Assembly: GCA_903911145.1 (NCBI GenBank)
Contig: CAIWCD010000001.1
Span: forward strand, 62,001-126,000
From: an uncultured delta proteobacterium
GTDB lineage: Bacteria; Myxococcota; Myxococcia; Myxococcales; 40CM-4-68-19
Direction: 5' to 3'
Length of the DNA stretch: 64,000 nt
Below the pieces are notes generated by a model. The model saw only the letters and a list, made by a program, of their open reading frames with translations, ran no database searches and had not been told where the DNA came from. The position numbers and the translations under genes are program-made. Of the stretch, positions 56,375-64,000 are shown piece by piece. Each line of letters starts with the position of its first letter. Positions within the stretch are counted from its first letter, which is position 1.

Positions 56375-57816
56375 CACCGATCTCCCGTGCAGGCGATCTG
56401 GTGCATCCGCTCGAGCATTTTCGCGGGCGGCTCGAATCCAGTGAGGCGGCCGGGACCTGCGCCTGGAGCGGAGCAGGAGGCTTGCGGTGCGACCGGAGGA
56501 GCAGGAACAGCAGCAAGCTGCTTCGCCTCGTCGCCCTTCCCTGCGCATCCAAACATCAGCACCGTGGGAAGGCCGGGCACACCATATTTGTCGGTCAGGC
56601 GATCGATCTCGTCGGTCGATTCGGTCGCGTCCACCTTGAGCGGCACGAACTTCTCGGCGATCGCGCGCTGCACGTCGGGATCCGAGAAGGTGTGCGCGTC
56701 GAGCTCCTTGCAGGCGGCGCACCAGTCGGCGAAGAAGTCGACGAGCAGCGGCTTGCCGCTCGCGCGCGCCTCGGCCAGCGCGGCCTTCTCGTCGTGCAGC
56801 CAGTGGATCTGCGGAGCGACCGGGGCTCCGAGCCAGCCGAAGCGAAAGGCGATCGCGCCCATCAGCAGCACGAGCGAGAACCCTTTCATCATCCGCTCGC
56901 GCGGCTCGTGGTGGAAGCTCAAGGAGAGCGCGCCGAGCGCCACTGCGACGAGCGAGATGCCCGCGCCGATGAGCGCAAACGCGCGCGGAGTCAGCGCGAG
57001 CGCGTGCGGGTGCGGCAGGTGCGGGAGAATCATCGAGGTCCCCGCGGCGACGAGCGCGATGCCCAGACCGCTCTTGACGATCTCCATCCAGGCACCCGAA
57101 CGCGGCAACTTCATCGAGGTCGCGCCGAGCACGAAGAAGAGCGTGCCCAGACCGATCGCGTAGGTGAAGAGCATCCAGAATCCCAGGCCCACCGAGCGGG
57201 TCTGCGCGACGAACGCGAGCACGCCCGCGAGCACAGGTCCCGTGCAAGGCGCGGCGATGACACCCGCGAGGAGCCCCATCAGGAAGGCCGGCGCGAAGCC
57301 GGCGCCGCGCACTGAAGCGAGGCGATGCTTGAGCCCTTGCGGCAGGTCGATTTCGAAGGCGCCGAACATGCTGGCCGCGAGTCCGAAGAGCAGCAGCGCG
57401 AGGAGGATCGAGACGATCGGAGCCGAGAGCGCCGTCCCGAAAGCGCGACCCGAGAGCGCCGCGAAGAGGCCCAGGCACGAGTAGGTGACGGCGATGCCGG
57501 AGACATAGATCGCCGAGAGCCCGACTGCTCGTGCGCGCGACTGCGCCCCGCGTGCGCCAAAGATGCCGACCGTGATCGGGATGAGCGGATAGACGCAGGG
57601 CGTGAGGCTCGTGAGCAGGCCCGCCGCGTAGAGGATCGCGAAGGAGCCCGCGCCGACGCCGTGCGTGAGTCCGAGGCTGCTCGAGAGATCCGCCCCGCCG
57701 CCGCCGAGCTGCAGCAGCGACGGCAATGCGGCAACCAGTGCGCCCACCGCGAGCGCGAGCAACAGGCGCGGCACCGGTACGGAGAAAACGCTGGAGTTCG
57801 AACTGGTGTCGCTCAT
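56371..57816 (-). CDS. CcdA/DsbD thiol:disulfide interchange protein fused to thioredoxin
   Basis: SLTPCVYPLIP, AAPCTGP, LPRSGAWM and DFFADWCAACKE. Confidence 0.92.
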   Translation of the reverse strand: MSDTSSNSSVFSVPVPRLLLALAVGALVAALPSLLQLGGGGADLSSSLGLTHGVGAGSFAILYAAGLLTSLTPCVYPLIPITVGIFGARGAQSRARAVGLSAIYVSGIAVTYSCLGLFAALSGRAFGTALSAPIVSILLALLLFGLAASMFGAFEIDLPQGLKHRLASVRGAGFAPAFLMGLLAGVIAAPCTGPVLAGVLAFVAQTRSVGLGFWMLFTYAIGLGTLFFVLGATSMKLPRSGAWMEIVKSGLGIALVAAGTSMILPHLPHPHALALTPRAFALIGAGISLVAVALGALSLSFHHEPRERMMKGFSLVLLMGAIAFRFGWLGAPVAPQIHWLHDEKAALAEARASGKPLLVDFFADWCAACKELDAHTFSDPDVQRAIAEKFVPLKVDATESTDEIDRLTDKYGVPGLPTVLMFGCAGKGDEAKQLAAVPAPPVAPQASCSAPGAGPGRLTGFEPPAKMLERMHQIACTGDRC

Positions 57817-57974
57817 GCCGGAAGGCTCCTCGATGCGCGGCGCATCCTAGTCCTGTCAGACGCGCCACGCACGCTGGCGTTACGTCTCAAGCAGGCGCGG
57901 CAAGAAGAAGACGCATGGGCGGCGGCGGCGATTCCCGACCATCGCGAATGATGCGTTCGCCGGAGGAGCGAGGC

Positions 57975-58021
57975 TTGACTTGCAGAGCGCGGATCCATAA
58001 TAGACCGGTCCAGTCCACATT
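57975..58021 (+). promoter_or_regulatory. iscS promoter with Rrf2/IscR-like operator
   Basis: TTGACT at 57975-80. The 25-mer ATAATAGACCGGTCCAGTCCACATT (57997-58021) has a GAC-N7-GTC core. Confidence 0.6.
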
Positions 58022-58062
58022 CGATCAAACGCGCCCGGACGCCACGCGCAACGCCTCTGAGG

Positions 58063-59286
58063 ATGAGCATGCTGGAATTTCCCATCTACCTCGACAACAA
58101 CGCGACCACGCCCGTCGACCCGCGCGTGCTCGACGCGATGCTGCCCTTCTTCAAGAACGTCTTCGGCAACGCCGCGAGCCGCAGCCACGCGTACGGCTGG
58201 GCCGCCGAGGAAGCGGTCGAGTATGCGCGCGAGCAGATCGGGGCGCTGATCGGCTGCTCGGACAAGGAGATCGTCTTCACCTCGGGCGCGACCGAGTCGA
58301 ACAACCTCGCGCTCAAGGGCGTCGCGGAGTTCTACGCGGACAAGGGCAATCACATCATTACGTGCCGCACCGAGCACAAGTGCATCCTCGACACCTGCAA
58401 GCGCCTCGAGCGCGAGGGGGTCAAGGTGACTTATCTCGACACCGACAAGCAGGGCCGCGTGACGGCGCAGCAAGTCCGCGAGGCGATCACCGACAAGACG
58501 ATCCTCGTCTCGATCATGTTCGCGAACAACGAGATCGGAACGGTGCAGCCCATCGCGGAGATCGGCAAGGTCTGCCGCGAGAAGGGCGTGCTCTTCCACA
58601 CCGACGCGGTTCAGGGCGTGGGCAAGCTGCCGTTCAATGTCGACGAGATGAATGTCGATCTCGTCTCGCTCTCTGCGCACAAGATCTACGGACCCAAGGG
58701 AGTCGGCGCGCTCTACGTGCGGCGCAAGCCGACGCGTGTTCGCGTGACGGCGCAGATCGACGGCGGCGGCCATGAGCGCGGGATGCGGTCGGGAACGCTG
58801 AACGTGCCGGGCATCGTCGGATTCGGGAAGGCCGCGGAGATCTGCAAAGCGGAGATGGCCGAAGAAGGAATCCGCACCGGCAAGATGCGTCTGCGGCTCC
58901 AGGACTACTTCTTCAAGCACCTCGATCACCTCGAGCTCAACGGGCATGCGGATCATCGGCTGCCGGGCAATCTGAACATCTCGTTCGCCTACGTCGAGGG
59001 CGAGGCGCTGATGATGGCGATTAAGAACGTCGCGGTGTCGAGCGGCTCGGCCTGCACGTCGGCCAGCCTCGAGCCGAGCTACGTGCTGCGCGCGTGCGGC
59101 GTCAGCGAGGAGCTCGCGCATACGTCGATCCGCTTCGGGATCGGGCGCTTCACGACCGACGAGGAGATCGATTACGTCGGGAAGTATGTCGTCGATCAGG
59201 TCGTCAAGCTGCGCGAGATGAGCCCGCTGTATGAGATGGCCAAAGAAGGCATCGATCTCAACTCGATCGAGTGGGCCGCTCATTAG
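58063..59286 (+). CDS. iscS: Cysteine desulfurase IscS
   Basis: [36 protein letters not shown] and IEWAAH. Confidence 0.97.
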   Translation: MSMLEFPIYLDNNATTPVDPRVLDAMLPFFKNVFGNAASRSHAYGWAAEEAVEYAREQIGALIGCSDKEIVFTSGATESNNLALKGVAEFYADKGNHIITCRTEHKCILDTCKRLEREGVKVTYLDTDKQGRVTAQQVREAITDKTILVSIMFANNEIGTVQPIAEIGKVCREKGVLFHTDAVQGVGKLPFNVDEMNVDLVSLSAHKIYGPKGVGALYVRRKPTRVRVTAQIDGGGHERGMRSGTLNVPGIVGFGKAAEICKAEMAEEGIRTGKMRLRLQDYFFKHLDHLELNGHADHRLPGNLNISFAYVEGEALMMAIKNVAVSSGSACTSASLEPSYVLRACGVSEELAHTSIRFGIGRFTTDEEIDYVGKYVVDQVVKLREMSPLYEMAKEGIDLNSIEWAAH

Positions 59287-59297
59287 TCGGTGAGTTA

Positions 59298-59403
59298 ATC
59301 GGCGAGCCGGATCGACGTGCTCGATCCGTGCTCGCTCACGGACTCCCGCGAGGGGAGTCCTAACGCTGCGCGCGGCATCGACCACGTCGACTCCGGCTCG
59401 CCT
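59298..59403. repeat. 106-bp cruciform REP/MITE-like element, copy A
   Basis: Imperfect palindrome GGCGAGCCGGATCGAC...GTCGACTCCGGCTCGCC with inner hairpin GGACTCCC-GCGA-GGGGAGTCC. Inverted near-identical copy at 61640-61745. Confidence 0.9.
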
Positions 59404-59552
59404 TTGCGCTCTACAAGACTACTGAGTTCATCGAGTGAATCGCGGGATTGCTCAGCCTGAGGTTGTTCGGGCAGTTGGCTATGCGTTCGCGCTTCAGCTT
59501 AGTTCGTGCTGGATCAGGGTTGGTTAGTCTTAATCAAATTTAATTAAGGTTA

Positions 59553-59993
59553 ATGACGATGAATCCTCCTCCGAGTGGCTGGCCGCGGATCTCTTCGGCG
59601 CTCTTTTATCGGGAGCCGATTGCGGCGATCGATTGGCTCGTGCGCGCGCTGGGGTTCGAGGTGCGCATCAAGGTAGTCGGTGACGACGGAGCGCTGCACC
59701 ACTCGGAGCTGACGCGCGGGGGCGGCGTCGTGATGGTGTCGAGCGCGGCGGCGGATCCGAGCCGGCGCAGTCCAGCAGCGCTCGGTGGCGGGAATACGCA
59801 GGCGCTGATGATCTATGTCGATGGCGTGGATGCGCTCTGCCAGAGGGCGCGCGCGGCTGGCGCGAAAGTCATCAGCGAGCCGAAGGATACCGATTACGGC
59901 GCCGAGTATTGGTGCGATCGGGGATGCGAGATCGAGGATCCCGAGGGGCATCGCTTCTGGCTTGTGCAGCGGCTGCGGACGGCCGGGGAGTAG
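59553..59993 (+). CDS. VOC (glyoxalase/bleomycin resistance, PhnB-like) family protein
   Basis: AAIDWLVRALGF, HSEL, YVDGVDA...RARAAGA and DPEGHRFW. Confidence 0.9.
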   Translation: MTMNPPPSGWPRISSALFYREPIAAIDWLVRALGFEVRIKVVGDDGALHHSELTRGGGVVMVSSAAADPSRRSPAALGGGNTQALMIYVDGVDALCQRARAAGAKVISEPKDTDYGAEYWCDRGCEIEDPEGHRFWLVQRLRTAGE

Positions 59994-60069
59994 TCAGAGC
60001 GCGGCGATGAATCGACGATCGCCGTCATCGAATCATCCGACACCTGCTCGAGTCGCTTCACGACTGAAC

Positions 60070-60702
60070 TCACAGTGCCGGCACCGTGAACTCCATCGCG
60101 TTGGACTCCACCAGGCCTTGCCAGAACGTCGGGAGCTCATCCCAGTGCGCGCGATAGTTCGCCGCTTTCTTCTCGGCAGTTTCGTTGATGCTCTCCTTCG
60201 CATCCGCACCAGTGCGCTGCGAGGGAGTCGCTGCAAGGTAGCGGGCAATCCATTGCGCGCGGGTCTGCGCGTGGAGCTCGAGACGGGCCTGCAGCTTGTA
60301 TCGTCCGGGCGCCAACGGCGCGCCACCGTACGGGACCTGAATCCACGCCCCGTTGGGATCGAACGAGACGATGTAGCTCTCGAGGACCCGGCGCTCGCCC
60401 GGACGCAGCGGCGCACTCGGCGGTGGCGGCGGCAGCGGCGGCGCGAACCCGGCCTGGTCGCGCATATCGGCGAACGCGACGCGAACTCCCGCAGCGTCGA
60501 GCAGAGTCGGCACCAGCGGCTCGGTCGGCAGTTCGACTGGCTGCGCGCTCTCGTTGATCAGCGTGAGCGTCAGCGTGATGCCGCGATAGATCGTCGTCGC
60601 CGGATTGGGCGCTTGTGTCAGCTCCAGCCGCGGTCGCGCGCTCGCGCTGATGCTTGAAGGAAGGCCGGCCACGAGCACCGCCAATGCGAGAGGAAGAATC
60701 AT
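60070..60702 (-). CDS. Hypothetical secreted protein (Ig-like fold)
   Basis: Signal peptide MILPLALAVLVAG. LTLTLINES, LRPGE, PGRYKL and VESNAMEFTV. Confidence 0.7.
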   Translation of the reverse strand: MILPLALAVLVAGLPSSISASARPRLELTQAPNPATTIYRGITLTLTLINESAQPVELPTEPLVPTLLDAAGVRVAFADMRDQAGFAPPLPPPPPSAPLRPGERRVLESYIVSFDPNGAWIQVPYGGAPLAPGRYKLQARLELHAQTRAQWIARYLAATPSQRTGADAKESINETAEKKAANYRAHWDELPTFWQGLVESNAMEFTVPAL

Positions 60703-60794
60703 GGAAGCGCGAGAGTATCCCGCCTTGCGCGCAAAGTGCTCGGCTCGAACGGAGCTGTCGCCGAGCACAACGGTCTGTGCGTCGAGGAACCGAG

Positions 60795-61487
60795 CTAATC
60801 GTCTCCGCGTCGCGTGAGCGTCGGGTCCTGCATGAAACGATACGTCGGCCCAGCGGGCGCGTCGTCGGGCGGCGACCAGAGCAGCGTGGTGGGCGTCTCG
60901 AGAAAATCAGGCGGCAGCAGTTCGCGCCGCTCGACGGCGATCGGATCGCCGCTGAACTCAATCCCGAGATTCATTCCCTCGACGCTTCGAGCGAAACGAA
61001 TGCGCGCGCGCCACTGCGCATCGGTGATGGCGTACGAGGACCAGTCCTCCTCGGCGATCGCGAGCCACGAGCCATCGACGAGCTGAAGGAGAAACCAGAC
61101 GACGCCGTCGCCATTCTCGTCGGTCGCGGTCAGGATGCGCTTGACGTCGATCGTCTCGTCGGTTGCGTGGCGCAGCTGCCGCTCTTCGTCGCGCGCGATC
61201 TCAGCGAGCCGCTCTTCAAGATTCGCTTGCGCTCGTCTCATCCCGAGAATGCCGGCCGCCAATATGACCAGCGCGGCAACTGCGAGCGCGACGAGGAGTG
61301 GCGGACTTTGCGTTGCGGCAGCGCCGACGACAAGCCCGACGAACATGAGTGAGTGCGAGATCAGCGCGTCTTTGCGTGCGACGTCGCGGCGTTGCTTCGC
61401 GATTGCGCGCCGCATCTCGTAGTACCTCGTCACGACGGCGCGCTCGGCATCCGTGAGCGGGCGAGGCAATGCGGACATGCTGCTCAT
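60795..61487 (-). CDS. Hypothetical membrane protein (2 TM)
   Basis: Two adjacent hydrophobic helices followed by an acidic globular domain. Confidence 0.7.
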   Translation of the reverse strand: MSSMSALPRPLTDAERAVVTRYYEMRRAIAKQRRDVARKDALISHSLMFVGLVVGAAATQSPPLLVALAVAALVILAAGILGMRRAQANLEERLAEIARDEERQLRHATDETIDVKRILTATDENGDGVVWFLLQLVDGSWLAIAEEDWSSYAITDAQWRARIRFARSVEGMNLGIEFSGDPIAVERRELLPPDFLETPTTLLWSPPDDAPAGPTYRFMQDPTLTRRGDD

Positions 61488-61639
61488 CGCTCAACCGTAT
61501 CGCACGAAGCGATTCATCGAGCGCAGCCGGTCGGGCCGAAGCGCGCCGAGCCGAATCGTGAATCACGCTCGACAAATCATCCGCGCGACATCCGAGCCAA
61601 TCACCCGTCCCCCGCGTCCACATTGCAAGAGCGCACGAT

Positions 61640-61745
61640 AGGCGAGCCGGAGTCGACTTGGTCGATGCCGCGCGCAGCGATGGACTCCCCTCGCGGGAGT
61701 CCGTGAGCGAGCACGCCATCGAGCAAGTCGATCCGGCTCGCCGAT
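61640..61745. repeat. 106-bp cruciform REP/MITE-like element, copy B (inverted relative to A)
   Basis: Its reverse complement matches 59298-59403 except at four short sites. Confidence 0.9.
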
Positions 61746-61759
61746 ACCTCCGCGAATTG

Positions 61760-61784
61760 AATGTGGACTCAACCCATCCACATT
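61760..61784. promoter_or_regulatory. Rrf2/IscR-like operator upstream of iscU
   Basis: AATGTGGACTCAACCCATCCACATT is a 25-bp dyad sharing the AGTCCACATT half-site with the iscS site. Confidence 0.55.
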
Positions 61785-61837
61785 TGCTAGATCCCGCGTT
61801 GCGACTGCGTTAGATCAAGCCGCACCGGAGGCATTTC

Positions 61838-62254
61838 ATGGCGTACGGCGACAAGGTCCTGGACCACTACGAGAACCCGCGCAACGTCGGGACGATGGAC
61901 AAGAACGATCCCAGCGTCGGGACCGGACTCGTCGGCGCGCCAGCTTGCGGCGACGTGATGCGGCTGCAGATTCGCATCGCGGACAACGGGCAGATCGAGG
62001 ACGCCAAGTTCAAGACGTTTGGATGCGGCTCGGCGATCGCATCGAGCTCGCTGGTCACCGAGTGGGTCAAGGGCAAGTCGGTCGACGAGGCGATGACGAT
62101 CAGCAACAAGCAGATCGCCAAGGAGCTCGCGCTGCCGCCGGTGAAGATCCACTGCTCGGTGCTCGCGGAAGACGCGATCCGCGCGGCCATCGCGGACTGG
62201 CGCAAGAAGAAGGGCATCGCGGAGCCGGCCGAAGCCAGCGCGGCGGCCCACTAG
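61838..62254 (+). CDS. iscU: Fe-S cluster scaffold IscU
   Basis: DHYENPRNVG, GAPACGDVM, KTFGCGSA and LPPVKIHCS. Confidence 0.97.
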   Translation: MAYGDKVLDHYENPRNVGTMDKNDPSVGTGLVGAPACGDVMRLQIRIADNGQIEDAKFKTFGCGSAIASSSLVTEWVKGKSVDEAMTISNKQIAKELALPPVKIHCSVLAEDAIRAAIADWRKKKGIAEPAEASAAAH

Positions 62255-62279
62255 CTCGCGCGATCAACACGCGCAGCGA

Positions 62280-62684
62280 ATGAGAGGAACGACGGTGCAG
62301 ACGATGACCTCCGAGACTGAATCGCAGAGCGCGCCGGCCGCCAAGAGCGAGCCGACGATGCACCTCTCGCCGCTCGCTGCGAAGAAGATCCGCGCGCAGA
62401 TTGAACAGCGTGCGGCGACGCAGGCGACGGCGGGAATTCGCGTCGGCGTCAAGGGCGGCGGCTGCTCGGGCCTCTCGTATGTGATCGAATTCTGCGACGC
62501 GCCTCGACCGCGCGACACGCTGATCGAGCTCGACGGCGCGAAGGTCTACGTCGATCCGAAGAGCCTCATCTATCTGAACGGCACGACGCTCGACTACGTC
62601 GACACCTTCCAGCAGAAGGGGTTCAAGTTCGTCAACCCGCAGCAGAAGTCGGAGTGCGGCTGCGGCGAATCCTTCTCTGTCTAG
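62280..62684 (+). CDS. iscA: A-type Fe-S carrier IscA
   Basis: GVKGGGCSGLSY and CGCGESF. Confidence 0.95.
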   Translation: MRGTTVQTMTSETESQSAPAAKSEPTMHLSPLAAKKIRAQIEQRAATQATAGIRVGVKGGGCSGLSYVIEFCDAPRPRDTLIELDGAKVYVDPKSLIYLNGTTLDYVDTFQQKGFKFVNPQQKSECGCGESFSV

Positions 62685-62705
62685 CTCCGGCTCGGATCGC
62701 GCGCG

Positions 62706-63383
62706 ATGAACGGACAGGCCGCATGTTGGAGCTGCGGCGCGGCTCATCGCGTCGATGCACCTCTCTGTGAAGCGTGCGGCAAGGTGCAGCCTGTTCCGCC
62801 GCATCGCCCCGGTGAAGCGCGCACGAGCGACAAGTTCGCCATGCTCGCCCTGCCCCGCTCGTTCGACCTCGACGACGAAGCGCTCTCGACTGCGTTCCGC
62901 GCGCTCTCGCGCAAGCTGCATCCCGATCGCTTCGCGCGTGCGACTCCTCAAGAGCGCCGCTTTGCGCTCGAGCAGACGACGCGGCTCAACGACGCGCACC
63001 GCACACTGCGCACTCCCGCCAAGCGCGCGGAGCATCTGCTCGAACTGCGCGGCATTCATCTCGCGGGCGAGCGCGAGAGCGCGCACCAGTTGCCCGTGCA
63101 GCAGCCGCTGCAGATGTCGATGGAGTTCCTCGAGGAGATGATGGAGGAGCGCGAGGCGCTGCTCGAGGCGAAGCACGGCGGAGGCGGCGCGGAGGCGATC
63201 GCGAAACTCGCGGCCGCGATGGAGTTGAAGCAGGCAACGACACTTGCGCGCGTGGGCGAGATGCTGCGCGGACTCGACGCGCCGGGTGCCGCGAGCATCG
63301 AGTCTGTCGCTGAGCAGATCGCGCGGTTGCGCTATTACGAGCGCTATCTGGACGAGGCGCACGGGCGCGGCGCGGAAGGCTGA
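62706..63383 (+). CDS. hscB: Fe-S co-chaperone HscB (N-terminal CxxC-CxxC)
   Basis: CWSC...CEAC, J-domain LHPDRF, and [10 protein letters not shown]. Confidence 0.92.
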   Translation: MNGQAACWSCGAAHRVDAPLCEACGKVQPVPPHRPGEARTSDKFAMLALPRSFDLDDEALSTAFRALSRKLHPDRFARATPQERRFALEQTTRLNDAHRTLRTPAKRAEHLLELRGIHLAGERESAHQLPVQQPLQMSMEFLEEMMEEREALLEAKHGGGGAEAIAKLAAAMELKQATTLARVGEMLRGLDAPGAASIESVAEQIARLRYYERYLDEAHGRGAEG

Positions 63384-63390
63384 GAAGAGC

Positions 63391-64000
63391 ATGCTGTTCG
63401 AGATTGCAGAGCCGGGCGCGAGCCGCACGAAGGAAGCCTGCGCGGTGGTTGCGCTGGGCATCGATCTGGGCACGACCAATTCGCTCGTCGCTGTCGTGCA
63501 GGCGGACGAGGCTGGGAGCGGCGCGCCGCGTTGCCTCTCCATCGACGAGGGATCCGCCCTGCTGCCGAGCGTCGTCCATTACGCGAGCGGATCATCGGAC
63601 ACACAGCCACTCGTCGGACGCGCTGCGCGCAGGCTGCTCGCCTCGTCGCCGCGCGACACGCTCGCGTCGGTCAAGCGCTTCATGGGCAAGTCGGGGAGCG
63701 ATGCAGAGACGCGCCGGCTGACCTCGTATGAGTTCGCAAAGCCGCTCCCAGCGCAGTCCGGAGCATCATCAGACGATTCCGGATCGGTTCGATTTCTCTT
63801 GAGCGACGGCCGCGAGGTGACCCCCGTCGAGGCCTCGGCGGAGATCCTGCGCACGCTGAAATCCCGGGCCGAAGAGGCGCTCGGACAGAGCGTGAAGCAG
63901 GCCGTGATCACTGTGCCCGCCTACTTCGACGATGCGCAGCGCCAGGCGACCAAAGATGCGGGGCGCCTTGCTGGACTTGATGTTCTGCGCCTGCTCAACG
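63391..64000 (+). CDS. hscA: Fe-S chaperone HscA (Hsp70), 3'-truncated by window edge
   Basis: ATG 63391: MLFEIAEPG...[13 protein letters not shown]...[33 protein letters not shown]. Follows hscB. Absent from the ORF track because there is no stop codon. Confidence 0.93.
   Translation, partial: MLFEIAEPGASRTKEACAVVALGIDLGTTNSLVAVVQADEAGSGAPRCLSIDEGSALLPSVVHYASGSSDTQPLVGRAARRLLASSPRDTLASVKRFMGKSGSDAETRRLTSYEFAKPLPAQSGASSDDSGSVRFLLSDGREVTPVEASAEILRTLKSRAEEALGQSVKQAVITVPAYFDDAQRQATKDAGRLAGLDVLRLLN

Noticed and set aside
59298..61745. Integron cassette array or CRISPR array
   Set aside because: There is no intI, no RYYYAAC...GTTRRRY attC boxes between the cargo genes, cargo genes face both ways, and there are no regularly spaced direct repeats.

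Overview
GC-rich chromosomal window. Gene content and order point to Myxococcota (Myxococcales/Anaeromyxobacter-like); this assignment is an inference. Most of it is core genome: class II B12-dependent ribonucleotide reductase (nrdJ), an orphan Flp pilin, smc, ftsY, a sigma54 response regulator followed by a type II secretion cluster (gspC-N, with gspL frameshifted in a G6 run), pyrF, proS, a DsbA-like protein, a PAS-GGDEF-EAL protein, lpxC, yebC-ruvCAB, a CcdA/DsbD-thioredoxin fusion and iscS-iscU-iscA-hscB-hscA. I found no tRNA, rRNA, CRISPR, integrase or transposase. The notable signals are non-coding. (1) An unannotated ~110-nt small RNA at ~13457-13568 has a sigma54 promoter, a C8 loop and a terminator, an architecture like Pxr. 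(2) The isc operon is split by a three-gene cargo bracketed by inverted 106-bp cruciform elements (59298-59403 and 61640-61745) that show a compensatory base-pair change. (3) Two diverged, oppositely oriented ~245-bp structured elements with 34-35-bp terminal inverted repeats follow smc. Smaller oddities: a CTG-initiated ruvC, matching Rrf2/IscR-like operators before both iscS and iscU, a probably leaderless sigma54-driven gspC, a degenerate histidine kinase, and NrdR/DnaA-like boxes upstream of nrdJ.
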